Below, one piece after another: positions 27,549 through 36,481 of a stretch of 64,000 nucleotides of DNA. Positions within the stretch are counted from its first letter, which is position 1, and the number at the start of each line of letters is the position of its first letter. The stretch is taken from IMG/VR virus record IMGVR_UViG_3300018018_000001, positions 32,001-96,000 of that record; one strand, written 5' to 3'. The stretch is from a virus. The position numbers were made by a program, and so were the translations under genes. The notes under the pieces are model-generated. The model was not told where the DNA came from. It was given only the letters and a program-made list of their open reading frames with translations, and made no database searches.

Positions 27549-29072
27549 ATGAGAAGTAATGTATCTAAAGGTAAAGAAGAGCTTGACGAGCGGTTGCAGT
27601 TAATGGACCACAAAATCAAAGCTGATGCTGAGGCCCTATATGAAAAGTATAGAGAGCAGATGGATCTATTGGATCAGTCTCTTCTGTCCAAAGCTAAGGG
27701 TGGATTAGAGCCCTATGATGTTTACGCTTTGGGAAAGCAGCTTGAATCCTTTGATTCCTATTTGGTCTTATGCGAAGAAGATGGGAACCTTGGCCAGTTA
27801 GGCAAAATCCCCCAGATTGCCTATGATGTTATCACCGTGGCTTATGGAACTTCTATTATCCCCTTTGTGGCTTCTGTTCAGCCAATTGAAGAGGAAAGTG
27901 GACACGTTTACTTTAAGCAGGTGAAACCCGCTCCGTTTACGGATGAGACTTTCAAAGGTGGTTACGATCAGTCTACAGTGTTCATTGATCCCCGTACCGG
28001 CGTTGTAACCCCACGTGCCTATGCCGCTAACACGGTTACTGAGGTTGATACCCTAGTTTCAAGTGGGGGAACTGCCAAGTATTATGCAACCCTAAGACAG
28101 TACCCGGTTCGTCCGTCTACTGTTACCGTGACATTGGCCACCAATGCTGGCGTATATGGCAATGACTTTAACGGATTCGTTCCTACCACTGGTAAAGGTG
28201 TTATCCTTGGTGCTGGCGTGTCTGGCTCCGTGTCTTATGGTGGACCCGCTACCGCTGGCCGTGTGGATCTGATTTTTGCCTCTGATCCTGGTGCCGTTAA
28301 TATCGTTGTTAGCTATCAGGTTAACTATGAGCAGGCTGATGATCTGCCCCGGATTACCACTTACTTCGACAGCACTGATATCTTTGCTCAGGTGTATGCC
28401 CTTAAAGGCACCATCGGGATGTTACAGTCCTATGGTATGAGAAAGAGATTCGGGCTGGTTGCCGAAGATGAGTTGGCTAAAGACTTAGTGGCCGAAATCA
28501 ACGCCGAAATCGGTGGAGACCTGATTACCCTGATGTATGCTGCGGCCCTTGGAACCGTTACGTGGTTTAAAACCCCACCTTCTAATGTTTCTTACTATGA
28601 GCACGTTCAAACCCTGAAGTATGCCATTGCAGATACTGAAGCCAATATGATTGGACATAGCCAGAGAGGCACGATCACTACGATCATTGCCGGTCGAAAC
28701 CTCTGCGCCATTCTGTCTACTCTACCTGGATTCAATAAACTCACCGATGGTAACACCTTAGGTGCTCACGTGTTTGGAACTCTGGATGGTGTCATGATTG
28801 TTAGAGTGAATGAACAGGCTATCCTGGATACCAACAAGGCTATTTGTATTTGGAAGGGAACTTCTCCGTTTGAAGCCCCATCCGTTTACAGTCCGTTTAT
28901 GCCTTTGGTGGTTACCTCTACTCTGCCAGCCGGGAAAAATCCGATTGGTCAGCAGAGAGCCGCTGCAGTTTGGAGCGGAGTGAAAATCCTGGTTCAACAG
29001 TTCATCACCCTCTTGGTCATGGACATTGGGGCGAATACCGCTCCTAACGGATTCGATGTTATCGTTCCGTAA
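27549..29072 (+). CDS. Major capsid protein (T4 gp23-like HK97 fold)
   Basis: ASVQPIEEESGHVYF; AKDLVAEINAEI; YSPFMPL. Follows the protease. SD GGAGG favours ATG 27549 over 27537. Confidence 0.9.
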   Translation: MRSNVSKGKEELDERLQLMDHKIKADAEALYEKYREQMDLLDQSLLSKAKGGLEPYDVYALGKQLESFDSYLVLCEEDGNLGQLGKIPQIAYDVITVAYGTSIIPFVASVQPIEEESGHVYFKQVKPAPFTDETFKGGYDQSTVFIDPRTGVVTPRAYAANTVTEVDTLVSSGGTAKYYATLRQYPVRPSTVTVTLATNAGVYGNDFNGFVPTTGKGVILGAGVSGSVSYGGPATAGRVDLIFASDPGAVNIVVSYQVNYEQADDLPRITTYFDSTDIFAQVYALKGTIGMLQSYGMRKRFGLVAEDELAKDLVAEINAEIGGDLITLMYAAALGTVTWFKTPPSNVSYYEHVQTLKYAIADTEANMIGHSQRGTITTIIAGRNLCAILSTLPGFNKLTDGNTLGAHVFGTLDGVMIVRVNEQAILDTNKAICIWKGTSPFEAPSVYSPFMPLVVTSTLPAGKNPIGQQRAAAVWSGVKILVQQFITLLVMDIGANTAPNGFDVIVP

Positions 29073-29097
29073 CCTGTCGCCCAGGTAAACACATATC

Positions 29098-29143
29098 CCG
29101 GGAAGTGGTTTTATTTTTCCACCACTTCCCGGCTTTTTCTTTT
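29098..29143 (+). terminator. Rho-independent terminator after the capsid gene
   Basis: 12-bp stem ccgggaagtggt/accacttcccgg followed by a T-tract. Confidence 0.85.
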
Positions 29144-29170
29144 CATTTGTGGTGGAAGGAGGGGAGACAG

Positions 29171-29509
29171 GTGGAAGAGGGACTAAGATTAGATAACCTT
29201 ACAAGAATTCCTTTAGCAGTAACCTCACATTACCAAATCCCCGCCGCTGGAAGTCTAATATTGAGACAATCAGAATATTTAGCCATTACGGATGAGATAG
29301 TCAAACTGGCCGATTTTGGAAAGTTAAGTTATGTCTTTATTCCGATTGAACGGAAAGTCATGCCTCAGAAAGCGGCTATGAGACCAGAGGTATTAAAAAG
29401 TAAACCTTCTACAGAAATTCCTATTCCAACTGCTACTCCAATTTTGCCTGTAGAAAGTCATCCTGCATCCCCTTTGATTAAGAGGAAGAGGAAAGTTAAT
29501 GCTTCTTAA
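29171..29509 (+). CDS. Hypothetical protein
   Basis: GTG 29171 after AGGAGGGG. Confidence 0.55.
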   Translation: MEEGLRLDNLTRIPLAVTSHYQIPAAGSLILRQSEYLAITDEIVKLADFGKLSYVFIPIERKVMPQKAAMRPEVLKSKPSTEIPIPTATPILPVESHPASPLIKRKRKVNAS

Positions 29510-30173
29510 GGAAATATTTCTTAAAGTTTTAGTAGAATCAGGACAATTTCTTTTTGGTGTCGAAAAAATTGAAATGAAGGCAGATCCTTTTCTACTTCTG
29601 GTTAAGGATAGCCTTTCCACATATGATGATTTTGAACCTAAGGATAACAGATTCAACATTACTGTTTCCAACACTTCATATACTTTTAATGAATCAGTTC
29701 CGGGAAACTATTGGGAAGTTCCCAAATTTATCATTGAAATAATTCCTTTGGTAATTAGTGGACTTCCTTGGTATTTCCAAAACTGGATGACATGGCAGGG
29801 TAAAGGTTTTGGGGATGAATTCAATCCTCTTTCTTCTATTTGGAAGTATAAACGTCCCATCCTGTATACTGAATATTCAGGCCAGTTTACTGTTTGGGCT
29901 GCTTATAACAGGGCTGTAATGTCAGTTCCAGATCCCGATGTTGCTCATGCCACTACTTGGGATTTTCCTGATATTACCAATCATGATAATCGCTTTTTCA
30001 AGCATCTTACAGGTAAGTTTATGCAAGCTCTTGGGTTAGAAAGAGATGCTTTTACTCTTACTGAAATGCCTCTTAGGACCAATGCTGATAAATTAATATC
30101 CAAAGGTGAGGCAATGGAAGAAGATGCCCTTAAGAAAATGCAAGCCCAGAAATGGTATTTGGCGCAAGGCTAA
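29499..30173 (+). CDS. Neck/head-completion protein (adaptor-like)
   Basis: Position after the capsid gene; helical ends with a beta middle. Confidence 0.55.
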   Translation: MLLKEIFLKVLVESGQFLFGVEKIEMKADPFLLLVKDSLSTYDDFEPKDNRFNITVSNTSYTFNESVPGNYWEVPKFIIEIIPLVISGLPWYFQNWMTWQGKGFGDEFNPLSSIWKYKRPILYTEYSGQFTVWAAYNRAVMSVPDPDVAHATTWDFPDITNHDNRFFKHLTGKFMQALGLERDAFTLTEMPLRTNADKLISKGEAMEEDALKKMQAQKWYLAQG

Positions 30174-30184
30174 TAGAGGAGATA

Positions 30185-30886
30185 GTGGGATTTATTGATT
30201 TAACAAAAAAAAGATTTGGAAAATTGGTTGTAATTGCTAGATCAAAATATAGGTCTACACATTGGTTATGTAAATGTGATTGTGGTATAGAAAAGGAAAT
30301 TGATGGTGGTAGTTTAAGAAGAGGACAAAGTAAAAGTTGTAGATGTTCAATAACAGAGAATTTAACTGGGAAGAGATTTGATAAATGGCTTGTTATTAGT
30401 AAAAGTAATAAAAGAGTTTCCGATAGGTCTGTTTATTGGCTATGTAGATGTATTTGTGGAAAAGAAAGAGAAGTTAATAGTAATAGTTTAAGGAGTGGCC
30501 GGAGTAAAAGTTGTGGTTGTTCCCAGAAAATAGCTTCTTTAAAACGCTGGAAAGATTCAAAATTTATTTCTAATCAAATGAAAGCTAGAGGATGTAAACC
30601 AAATAAGACTGAATTAAAGTTTGAGCAATTCCTTAATAGTCTTTATCCAGGTGAATGGAAATATGTAGGGGATGGACAGTTAATCATAAATGGTAGGTGT
30701 CCTGATTTTGTTAATGTGAACGGGAAAAAACAGATTATAGAACTTTATGGTGATTACTGGCATAGAGGCCAACTTCCTGAAGATCGGGCTAAAATATTTG
30801 AGCCTTTTGGTTATCAAACTTTAGTAATTTGGGAAAAAGAACTTAAAAATATGGATAAAGTAGAAGAAAAAATTCTAAATTTTTAA
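30185..30886 (+). CDS. IDLTxKRFG repeats plus PD-(D/E)xK-type endonuclease
   Basis: PNKTE...CPDFVNVNGKKQIIELYGDYWH...VIWEKE. Confidence 0.85.
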   Translation: MGFIDLTKKRFGKLVVIARSKYRSTHWLCKCDCGIEKEIDGGSLRRGQSKSCRCSITENLTGKRFDKWLVISKSNKRVSDRSVYWLCRCICGKEREVNSNSLRSGRSKSCGCSQKIASLKRWKDSKFISNQMKARGCKPNKTELKFEQFLNSLYPGEWKYVGDGQLIINGRCPDFVNVNGKKQIIELYGDYWHRGQLPEDRAKIFEPFGYQTLVIWEKELKNMDKVEEKILNF

Positions 30887-30896
30887 GGAAGAGTTA

Positions 30897-31223
30897 ATGA
30901 ATAAATCCCAAGAAATTATTAAACTAATGGAAGAAGGTAATATTAAAACTTTTATAATGGTCATAGATGCCAAAGATCATGATGATGCTATTCTCAAAAT
31001 TCTTAAGAATGTGGACTCAATAGAAGGTGCAGATATTCTGGCTAAGAAGCATGACTACTTAGCATTTACAGATTTTCATAAAAGACCTGTTGCCGAATTG
31101 TTAGATGTAGTCAAATTGCTCTTGGAGAAAGATCCAAGATTCAAAAATGAAAAGGATTCCCCCGTAGGCATGTTTAAAGTTGAACCTAATAAGTTTATAG
31201 TATTTGGACGGGGTGAAGAATAA
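30897..31223 (+). CDS. Putative internal head protein (leader MNKSQEIIKLMEE)
   Basis: Shared N-terminal motif. Confidence 0.55.
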   Translation: MNKSQEIIKLMEEGNIKTFIMVIDAKDHDDAILKILKNVDSIEGADILAKKHDYLAFTDFHKRPVAELLDVVKLLLEKDPRFKNEKDSPVGMFKVEPNKFIVFGRGEE

Positions 31224-32010
31224 GGTGAAGAATGCTATTAATTTAATTGGTAAAAAATTCGGAAGATGGACTGTTATTTCCCGTGTTGAAAATAAAAATA
31301 ATAAACCATGTTGGTTATGTAGATGTGATTGTGGAAAAGAGAAGAAAGTTAAAGGAATTGTTTTAAAAAAGGGGGAAAGTAAAAGTTGCGGGTGTCTCCA
31401 AATAAGAATAAAAAATTTAATTGGTAAAAGGTTTGGAAGATGGATTGTTGTTGGTAGTAGTAGTAAAAGAGACTCTTGTAGGGATGCTTATTGGTTATGT
31501 AAATGTATTTGTGGTAAAGAAAAAGAAATTAGTGGGCGTAGTTTAAAAAAAGGAAATAGTAAAGGTTGCCATAGTTGTAAACAAATAGAGGAATGGAAAA
31601 ATCCAGGATATAGAGAAAAACATGAAAAAATGATGCTACAAAAATGGCAAAATACAGAGTATATTGAGAAACAAATAAAGTCTAGGGAAATTAAACCTAA
31701 TAAATTAGAACTGAAATTTGAACAATTCCTTAATAATCTCTATCCAGGGGAGTGGAAGTATGTAGGAAACTTTGAGTTTTGGTTGGGTGGTAAGAATCCT
31801 GATTTCATGAATGTTAATGGAAATAAACAACTTATTGAACTTTATGGTGACTATTGGCATAAAGGGGAAAATCCTCAGGAGAGAATAGATCATTTTAAGA
31901 AATACGGATTTGATACTTTAGTAATTTGGGAAAAAGAATTAAAAGATATGAATAAAGTAGAAGAAAAAATAATTGATTTTTCGGGGAGGAATAAGTATGC
32001 CTTCATTTAA
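31204..32010 (+). CDS. Endonuclease paralogous to 30185..30886
   Basis: NLIGKKFG repeats; NPDFMNVNGNKQLIELYGDYWH. Confidence 0.85.
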   Translation: MDGVKNKVKNAINLIGKKFGRWTVISRVENKNNKPCWLCRCDCGKEKKVKGIVLKKGESKSCGCLQIRIKNLIGKRFGRWIVVGSSSKRDSCRDAYWLCKCICGKEKEISGRSLKKGNSKGCHSCKQIEEWKNPGYREKHEKMMLQKWQNTEYIEKQIKSREIKPNKLELKFEQFLNNLYPGEWKYVGNFEFWLGGKNPDFMNVNGNKQLIELYGDYWHKGENPQERIDHFKKYGFDTLVIWEKELKDMNKVEEKIIDFSGRNKYAFI

Positions 32011-33460
32011 TGCCATAGTGCAAGAGATGAAAAAGCTGAGGGACCCAGGAAAGTATCCTGCTTATGACACTAAAACTTTTGCTACTCAAGCCAGTCCTGG
32101 AATTAAAACTGTCATGTATAAAGGGTCAATTCAAGGGGAAAAGAATGAATACCCAGTCTATATTCAGTTTAGAAGAGTAGAATTCAGTGAGGAAGAAAAG
32201 CCTAGATTTGTTCCCTTTGAGGAAGTAGACAGAACAGGTGGTAAGGGGTTAAAATTCTATGAAGTACCAGATTTGGGAAAAAATGATTGTGCCTTAAAGT
32301 GCATGTGTTTTCCTGGGGATACCTTAATACCTTTACTGGAAGGCTATTCTATTCCAATTAAAGATTTGGTTGGTAAAGATCATTTTTATGTCTACTCATT
32401 TGATACTGATAAGAGAAAAATAGTCATTGGAAAGGGATATAATTGTGAAATTAAAGAAAAAAATGTCTCTTTAATTGAAGTAACTTTAGATAATGGAAAT
32501 AAACTTAGATGTACCCCTGATCATGAATTCTATTTAAAAAGTAGCCTGAAAAAAGAGGCAAAAGACTTGTTACCTGGTGATTCTTTACAAGCACTATACC
32601 GTAGACTATGCCCTGAAGGAAGAATGCAGGGATATGAACAAGTTTTACAGGAAAAAGTTTGGGGATTAACTCATCGTTTGGCGGATTCTTATAATTTAGA
32701 AAATAATATATATTCAAAAAGTTTAGGAAGTATTCGACACCATAATAACTTTAATAATAGAAATAATAATCCAGAAAATATTAAAAGAAAAACCTTCCAT
32801 GAGCATAGAAAAATTCATTTGGAAAGATCTAAAACTTGGCCTACTGGTTTAAAGATAATGAATGAAAGAGTTAGAGAATTATCCGCTAAGGGAGAACATT
32901 GGCTTCAATCTGAAGAAGGAAAATTAAGACATGGTGCAAGGCAAAGAGATTTAGCTAAAATTGGTAAACATCCTTTTCAACAAGAAAAAGTTATTGATTG
33001 GTTAAAATCTGATGAGCATAAAAATATAATGAGTTCTATACAATCTAAAAAAGTAGAAGAAGGTAAGCATCATTTTCAATCTGATTGGATGAGAGAAATT
33101 GTTAGAGAAAGTAATAGAAGAAGATCTTTGGAGGCAAGAAATCATAAAGTAATCTCAGTAAGAAGATTAGAAGAAAAAGAGGATGTTTACTGTTTTTCTG
33201 TAGAAAAATATGGAAACTTTTTTATTGACGTAGATGGAGGAATTGATATAAGTAGCGGAATATTAGTAAAAAATTGTTCAGATTTCAGATTTTTTTGGGA
33301 ACATCCGCTTTTTGTTAAAAAGTCACTGATCGGACAATTTCGTAAATATGTAAGAAAAACAACTACTTATCCACCAAAAAACCCTCAGGGAATTCTGGGG
33401 ATGTGCAAGCATCTTTGGAGTTTTGTTAATGCCCTGAAAGAGGCTAAATTAGTGAAATAA
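31997..33460 (+). CDS. SWIM-like Zn-finger protein (CxC...CKH) interrupted by an intein
   Basis: Exteins join to CALKCM|CSDFRFFW...GMCKHL. Confidence 0.8.
   Translation: MPSFNAIVQEMKKLRDPGKYPAYDTKTFATQASPGIKTVMYKGSIQGEKNEYPVYIQFRRVEFSEEEKPRFVPFEEVDRTGGKGLKFYEVPDLGKNDCALKCMCFPGDTLIPLLEGYSIPIKDLVGKDHFYVYSFDTDKRKIVIGKGYNCEIKEKNVSLIEVTLDNGNKLRCTPDHEFYLKSSLKKEAKDLLPGDSLQALYRRLCPEGRMQGYEQVLQEKVWGLTHRLADSYNLENNIYSKSLGSIRHHNNFNNRNNNPENIKRKTFHEHRKIHLERSKTWPTGLKIMNERVRELSAKGEHWLQSEEGKLRHGARQRDLAKIGKHPFQQEKVIDWLKSDEHKNIMSSIQSKKVEEGKHHFQSDWMREIVRESNRRRSLEARNHKVISVRRLEEKEDVYCFSVEKYGNFFIDVDGGIDISSGILVKNCSDFRFFWEHPLFVKKSLIGQFRKYVRKTTTYPPKNPQGILGMCKHLWSFVNALKEAKLVK
32306..33274 (+). mobile_element. Intein (323 aa) with an HNH-type endonuclease insert
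   Basis: Block A CFPGDT, block B CTPDHEF, THRL..HHNNFNNRNNNPEN, block F/G DVYCFSV...LVKN|C. Confidence 0.92.
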
Positions 33461-33894
33461 TGGCAGATTCTACAATTTTACAGATAATTGAGGGTGTCCA
33501 CCAAGTTGGTTGGGAAGTTAAAATTCCCGTTTTGATAACCGCTTTGGGTATGAAAGTGTTCATTTATCGAAAACCAGCTTATGATTTAACCCAAGAGGTT
33601 TATGGCCCGGATTCTCAGGCCGATTCAGGGGTTAAAATAGGTGAGGTCAGTGCCCTTATATTAGGGGATGAATGGACCGTATTCGACTTTAGGAATGTAG
33701 GAACCTTTGAGAAGGGTTGGATGTACTGTTTAGCTACCGATCTCTCAACCTACAAGGTAATAGAAGGGGATATGGTCAAATTTGGGGATAGGACAGACCG
33801 AAAGGTAAGACGTTATAAGATTGAACATCCTGAAAGTATTGGCCATACCTTGGAAATATTGAAAAGATTCAAATTATCATCTTTAGGAGACTAA
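33460..33894 (+). CDS. Head-closure/neck protein (putative)
   Basis: Beta-barrel-like pattern in the neck region. Confidence 0.5.
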   Translation: MADSTILQIIEGVHQVGWEVKIPVLITALGMKVFIYRKPAYDLTQEVYGPDSQADSGVKIGEVSALILGDEWTVFDFRNVGTFEKGWMYCLATDLSTYKVIEGDMVKFGDRTDRKVRRYKIEHPESIGHTLEILKRFKLSSLGD

Positions 33895-33896
33895 TT

Positions 33897-34238
33897 ATGA
33901 GCAAAGCAATTGATTTCATTAAGAAACTTCATGAAACTGGTGAGATGTCTGCTTCAGAACTTGAGCAGGGTGGTGAGTGGTATGAGTTTCGGCTTGAACT
34001 AGAAGGAATTTGTAAAGCTGCAGGATTAAAGTGTGAGGTTAAGCCATTTGACCAATATCAAGGCCCTTATGCCTATGTTGAAGGATCTGGAAAACTTTGG
34101 GGTTTAGGTGATTTTGATGAAGAGGGTGAATTCTATTTTGAAGGCCCTGGAGAGGGACCTGGAGAAGGGTATTCAGGGGATAAAGAGGATATGATTAATC
34201 ACTTAAAGAGTTTGAAAAAGGGTAAGAAGAGTAAATAA
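33897..34238 (+). CDS. Acidic putative internal head protein (leader MSKAIDFIKKLHE)
   Basis: Shared N-terminal motif. Confidence 0.55.
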   Translation: MSKAIDFIKKLHETGEMSASELEQGGEWYEFRLELEGICKAAGLKCEVKPFDQYQGPYAYVEGSGKLWGLGDFDEEGEFYFEGPGEGPGEGYSGDKEDMINHLKSLKKGKKSK

Positions 34239-34465
34239 TGGCAAGTTATTTAAGGAATAATGGGCATGCACCAGGATCTTGGAAACCACTGGTGGACTCA
34301 GGTAAAATGTCGGCTTCCTTTGCCTGTCCCAAGTGTGGAAAGGTAGAATTGCTTACCAATCATCAAATTGGTAAGGGGGGTGTTGTAACCCCTAGTGTTG
34401 TTTGTCAGACAGAGGGTTGTAATTTTCATGAGAATATTATTCTGGAAGGGTGGCTCTTTACATAA
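34238..34465 (+). CDS. Small Cys/His metal-binding protein
   Basis: CPKCG..H...PSVVC...C..H. Confidence 0.6.
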   Translation: MASYLRNNGHAPGSWKPLVDSGKMSASFACPKCGKVELLTNHQIGKGGVVTPSVVCQTEGCNFHENIILEGWLFT

Positions 34466-35097
34466 TGTTTACTATTTATAAGGCAGAAAATAAAATTAAT
34501 GAGAAATTATACATAGGTCAAACTTCAAATAGTTTGAATTATAGAAAATATAAGCATCATTCAAAAAAAGGTTGTGTTTCACTTATTTATTTAGCCATTA
34601 AGAAGTATGGTAAAGAAAATTTTGACTGGGATACAATAGCCATTTGTGATACAAAAGATAAAGCAAATTTTTTAGAAAAATTTTATATTAAATTTTTTAA
34701 TACAAAATCTCCAAATGGATATAATATTACTGAAGGTGGAGAAGGAACTCCTGGTCTTATTGCTTGGAATAAAGGCATTCCTAGTCCTTTAAAGGGAATA
34801 AAAAGACCTGATATTTCTGAAGTAATGAAAAAAAGAAAAGGTGAGAAACGTCCTTTTTGGTCTTCTGAAATGAAAGAAAAAATATCAGGGGAAAATAACT
34901 CTCATTTTGGTAAGCCTGGCTACTGGTTAGGAAAGAAGAATTTAGTTCAGATTGAAAAAATAACTGGTAAGAAAAATCCTGCTATTGGTTTTAGTAGAAA
35001 AGGAAAAACTTACGAAGAAATTTATGGGATAGAAAAAGGTCAAGAATTAAGAAAACTCAGAAGAGAGTCTAGGAATCAAAAATCATTAGGGAATTAA
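34450..35097 (+). CDS. GIY-YIG homing endonuclease with NUMOD3 tail
   Basis: TIYKAENKINEKLYIGQT; GYNITEGG. Confidence 0.88.
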   Translation: MALYIMFTIYKAENKINEKLYIGQTSNSLNYRKYKHHSKKGCVSLIYLAIKKYGKENFDWDTIAICDTKDKANFLEKFYIKFFNTKSPNGYNITEGGEGTPGLIAWNKGIPSPLKGIKRPDISEVMKKRKGEKRPFWSSEMKEKISGENNSHFGKPGYWLGKKNLVQIEKITGKKNPAIGFSRKGKTYEEIYGIEKGQELRKLRRESRNQKSLGN

Positions 35098-35101
35098 AAA
35101 A

Positions 35102-35740
35102 ATGCAAGTTATTAGCACGATTGCCTTAGTCCAAAAAGGGTTGACAGATACAATCTTGGCTCTCTACCCTGATTGGAAAATAGTTTATGATGAAAACCTG
35201 GACTATCAATCTTCTGTAGAAAAGCTTAGGAAATATAATTTAATCAATGAAAATTATTCCAATGCTTTTCCTCTGTTTTCATTTAGACGTAGTGTTCTCC
35301 ACAAAGCCAAAAACCTTGAAAGAGCTGTTAATGTAGAAGTTACTGATTTGGGAGAAACTACCCGGAATTTTGCCAATATTTTTAAGTCAAGTTTTGCTAC
35401 ATTTGACATTGAATTTTTTATTTATCATCCTGATATTCGTTTCATAGAGACTATAGAAATTGAATATCTTTCATGGCAGAGTTTGAAGAGTATAAGGAGT
35501 TACCCAGTGGAAATACCTGGAATTACTCCTCCTCTTACATATTTCACAATTTTTGATGATTTGGACGGTATGAAAATCCATGTTAAGGATATGTTCTACA
35601 AAGGATTAACTGGAAAGATTCATGTATCAGGTTGGTTTCTGATTGTTCCTGATGATTCTACATATCCCAAAATTATGGAGATTAGAAAGACTATTTATAA
35701 TTATCAAAAAGAAATCTTAGAACAAGAAGATATTACCTGA
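35102..35740 (+). CDS. Tail terminator / sheath-stabiliser-like protein (putative)
   Basis: Position before the sheath; alpha/beta pattern. Confidence 0.5.
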   Translation: MQVISTIALVQKGLTDTILALYPDWKIVYDENLDYQSSVEKLRKYNLINENYSNAFPLFSFRRSVLHKAKNLERAVNVEVTDLGETTRNFANIFKSSFATFDIEFFIYHPDIRFIETIEIEYLSWQSLKSIRSYPVEIPGITPPLTYFTIFDDLDGMKIHVKDMFYKGLTGKIHVSGWFLIVPDDSTYPKIMEIRKTIYNYQKEILEQEDIT

Positions 35741-35742
35741 TT

Positions 35743-36282
35743 ATGTTTATTATTTATAAAGCAGAGAATAGAATTAATGGAAATTGTTATATAGGTCAAA
35801 CTAGCCGTTCTTTAATACAGAGAATTTATGGTCATAGAAATAGGGCGGGGGATAATACTTATTTTTCTAGGGCTATTAATAAATATGGTAAAGAAAACTT
35901 TGATTGGGATACAATAGCTATTTGTGATACAAAGGATAAATCAGATTTCTTAGAGAAATTTTATATCAAATTTTTTAATACTAAGAAACCTAATGGATAT
36001 AATTTAACGGATGGTGGAGAAGGAAGTACAGGATTTAATCATTCAGAAGATACAAAGAGAAAAATGTCTGGTGATAAAAATCATAATTTTGGAAAAATAG
36101 GTGATAAAAGTCCTTTATTTAGAAGAAAAAGATTTGATGTATCTGATAGAAATAAGAAAAGAGTAGGTAATAAAAATCCAAATTTTGGTAAAGATGCTTG
36201 GAATAAAGGATTAACTAAAGAAATAGATATCAGAGTTAAAAATAGTAGTGAAAAAATGAAGATTACTAGGTGGTATTCTTAA
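35743..36282 (+). CDS. GIY-YIG homing endonuclease with NUMOD3 tail
   Basis: IIYKAENRINGNCYIGQT; near-identical core to 34450. Confidence 0.88.
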   Translation: MFIIYKAENRINGNCYIGQTSRSLIQRIYGHRNRAGDNTYFSRAINKYGKENFDWDTIAICDTKDKSDFLEKFYIKFFNTKKPNGYNLTDGGEGSTGFNHSEDTKRKMSGDKNHNFGKIGDKSPLFRRKRFDVSDRNKKRVGNKNPNFGKDAWNKGLTKEIDIRVKNSSEKMKITRWYS

Positions 36283-36301
36283 TCACCAAATTGGAGGAAA
36301 T

Positions 36302-36481
36302 ATGAGTGAAGATAAAACTATGGGAATTTTAAGATCACAGTTAGATCGTCCTGTTATGCTAAGGTATGATGGCCAGGGGATAAAGGTTCCTGCAAGGGGA
36401 AAAACCCTGCCTTTGGAAAAGGGAAAGATTGAGGGGGAGATACCCAAGGGTATTAAATTCTTAGAATTGAGGAGGGCATAA
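36302..36481 (+). CDS. Small hypothetical protein (not in the ORF track)
   Basis: 59 aa MSEDKTMGILRSQLDRP...; SD GGAGG; TAATG overlap with the sheath gene. Confidence 0.65.
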   Translation: MSEDKTMGILRSQLDRPVMLRYDGQGIKVPARGKTLPLEKGKIEGEIPKGIKFLELRRA

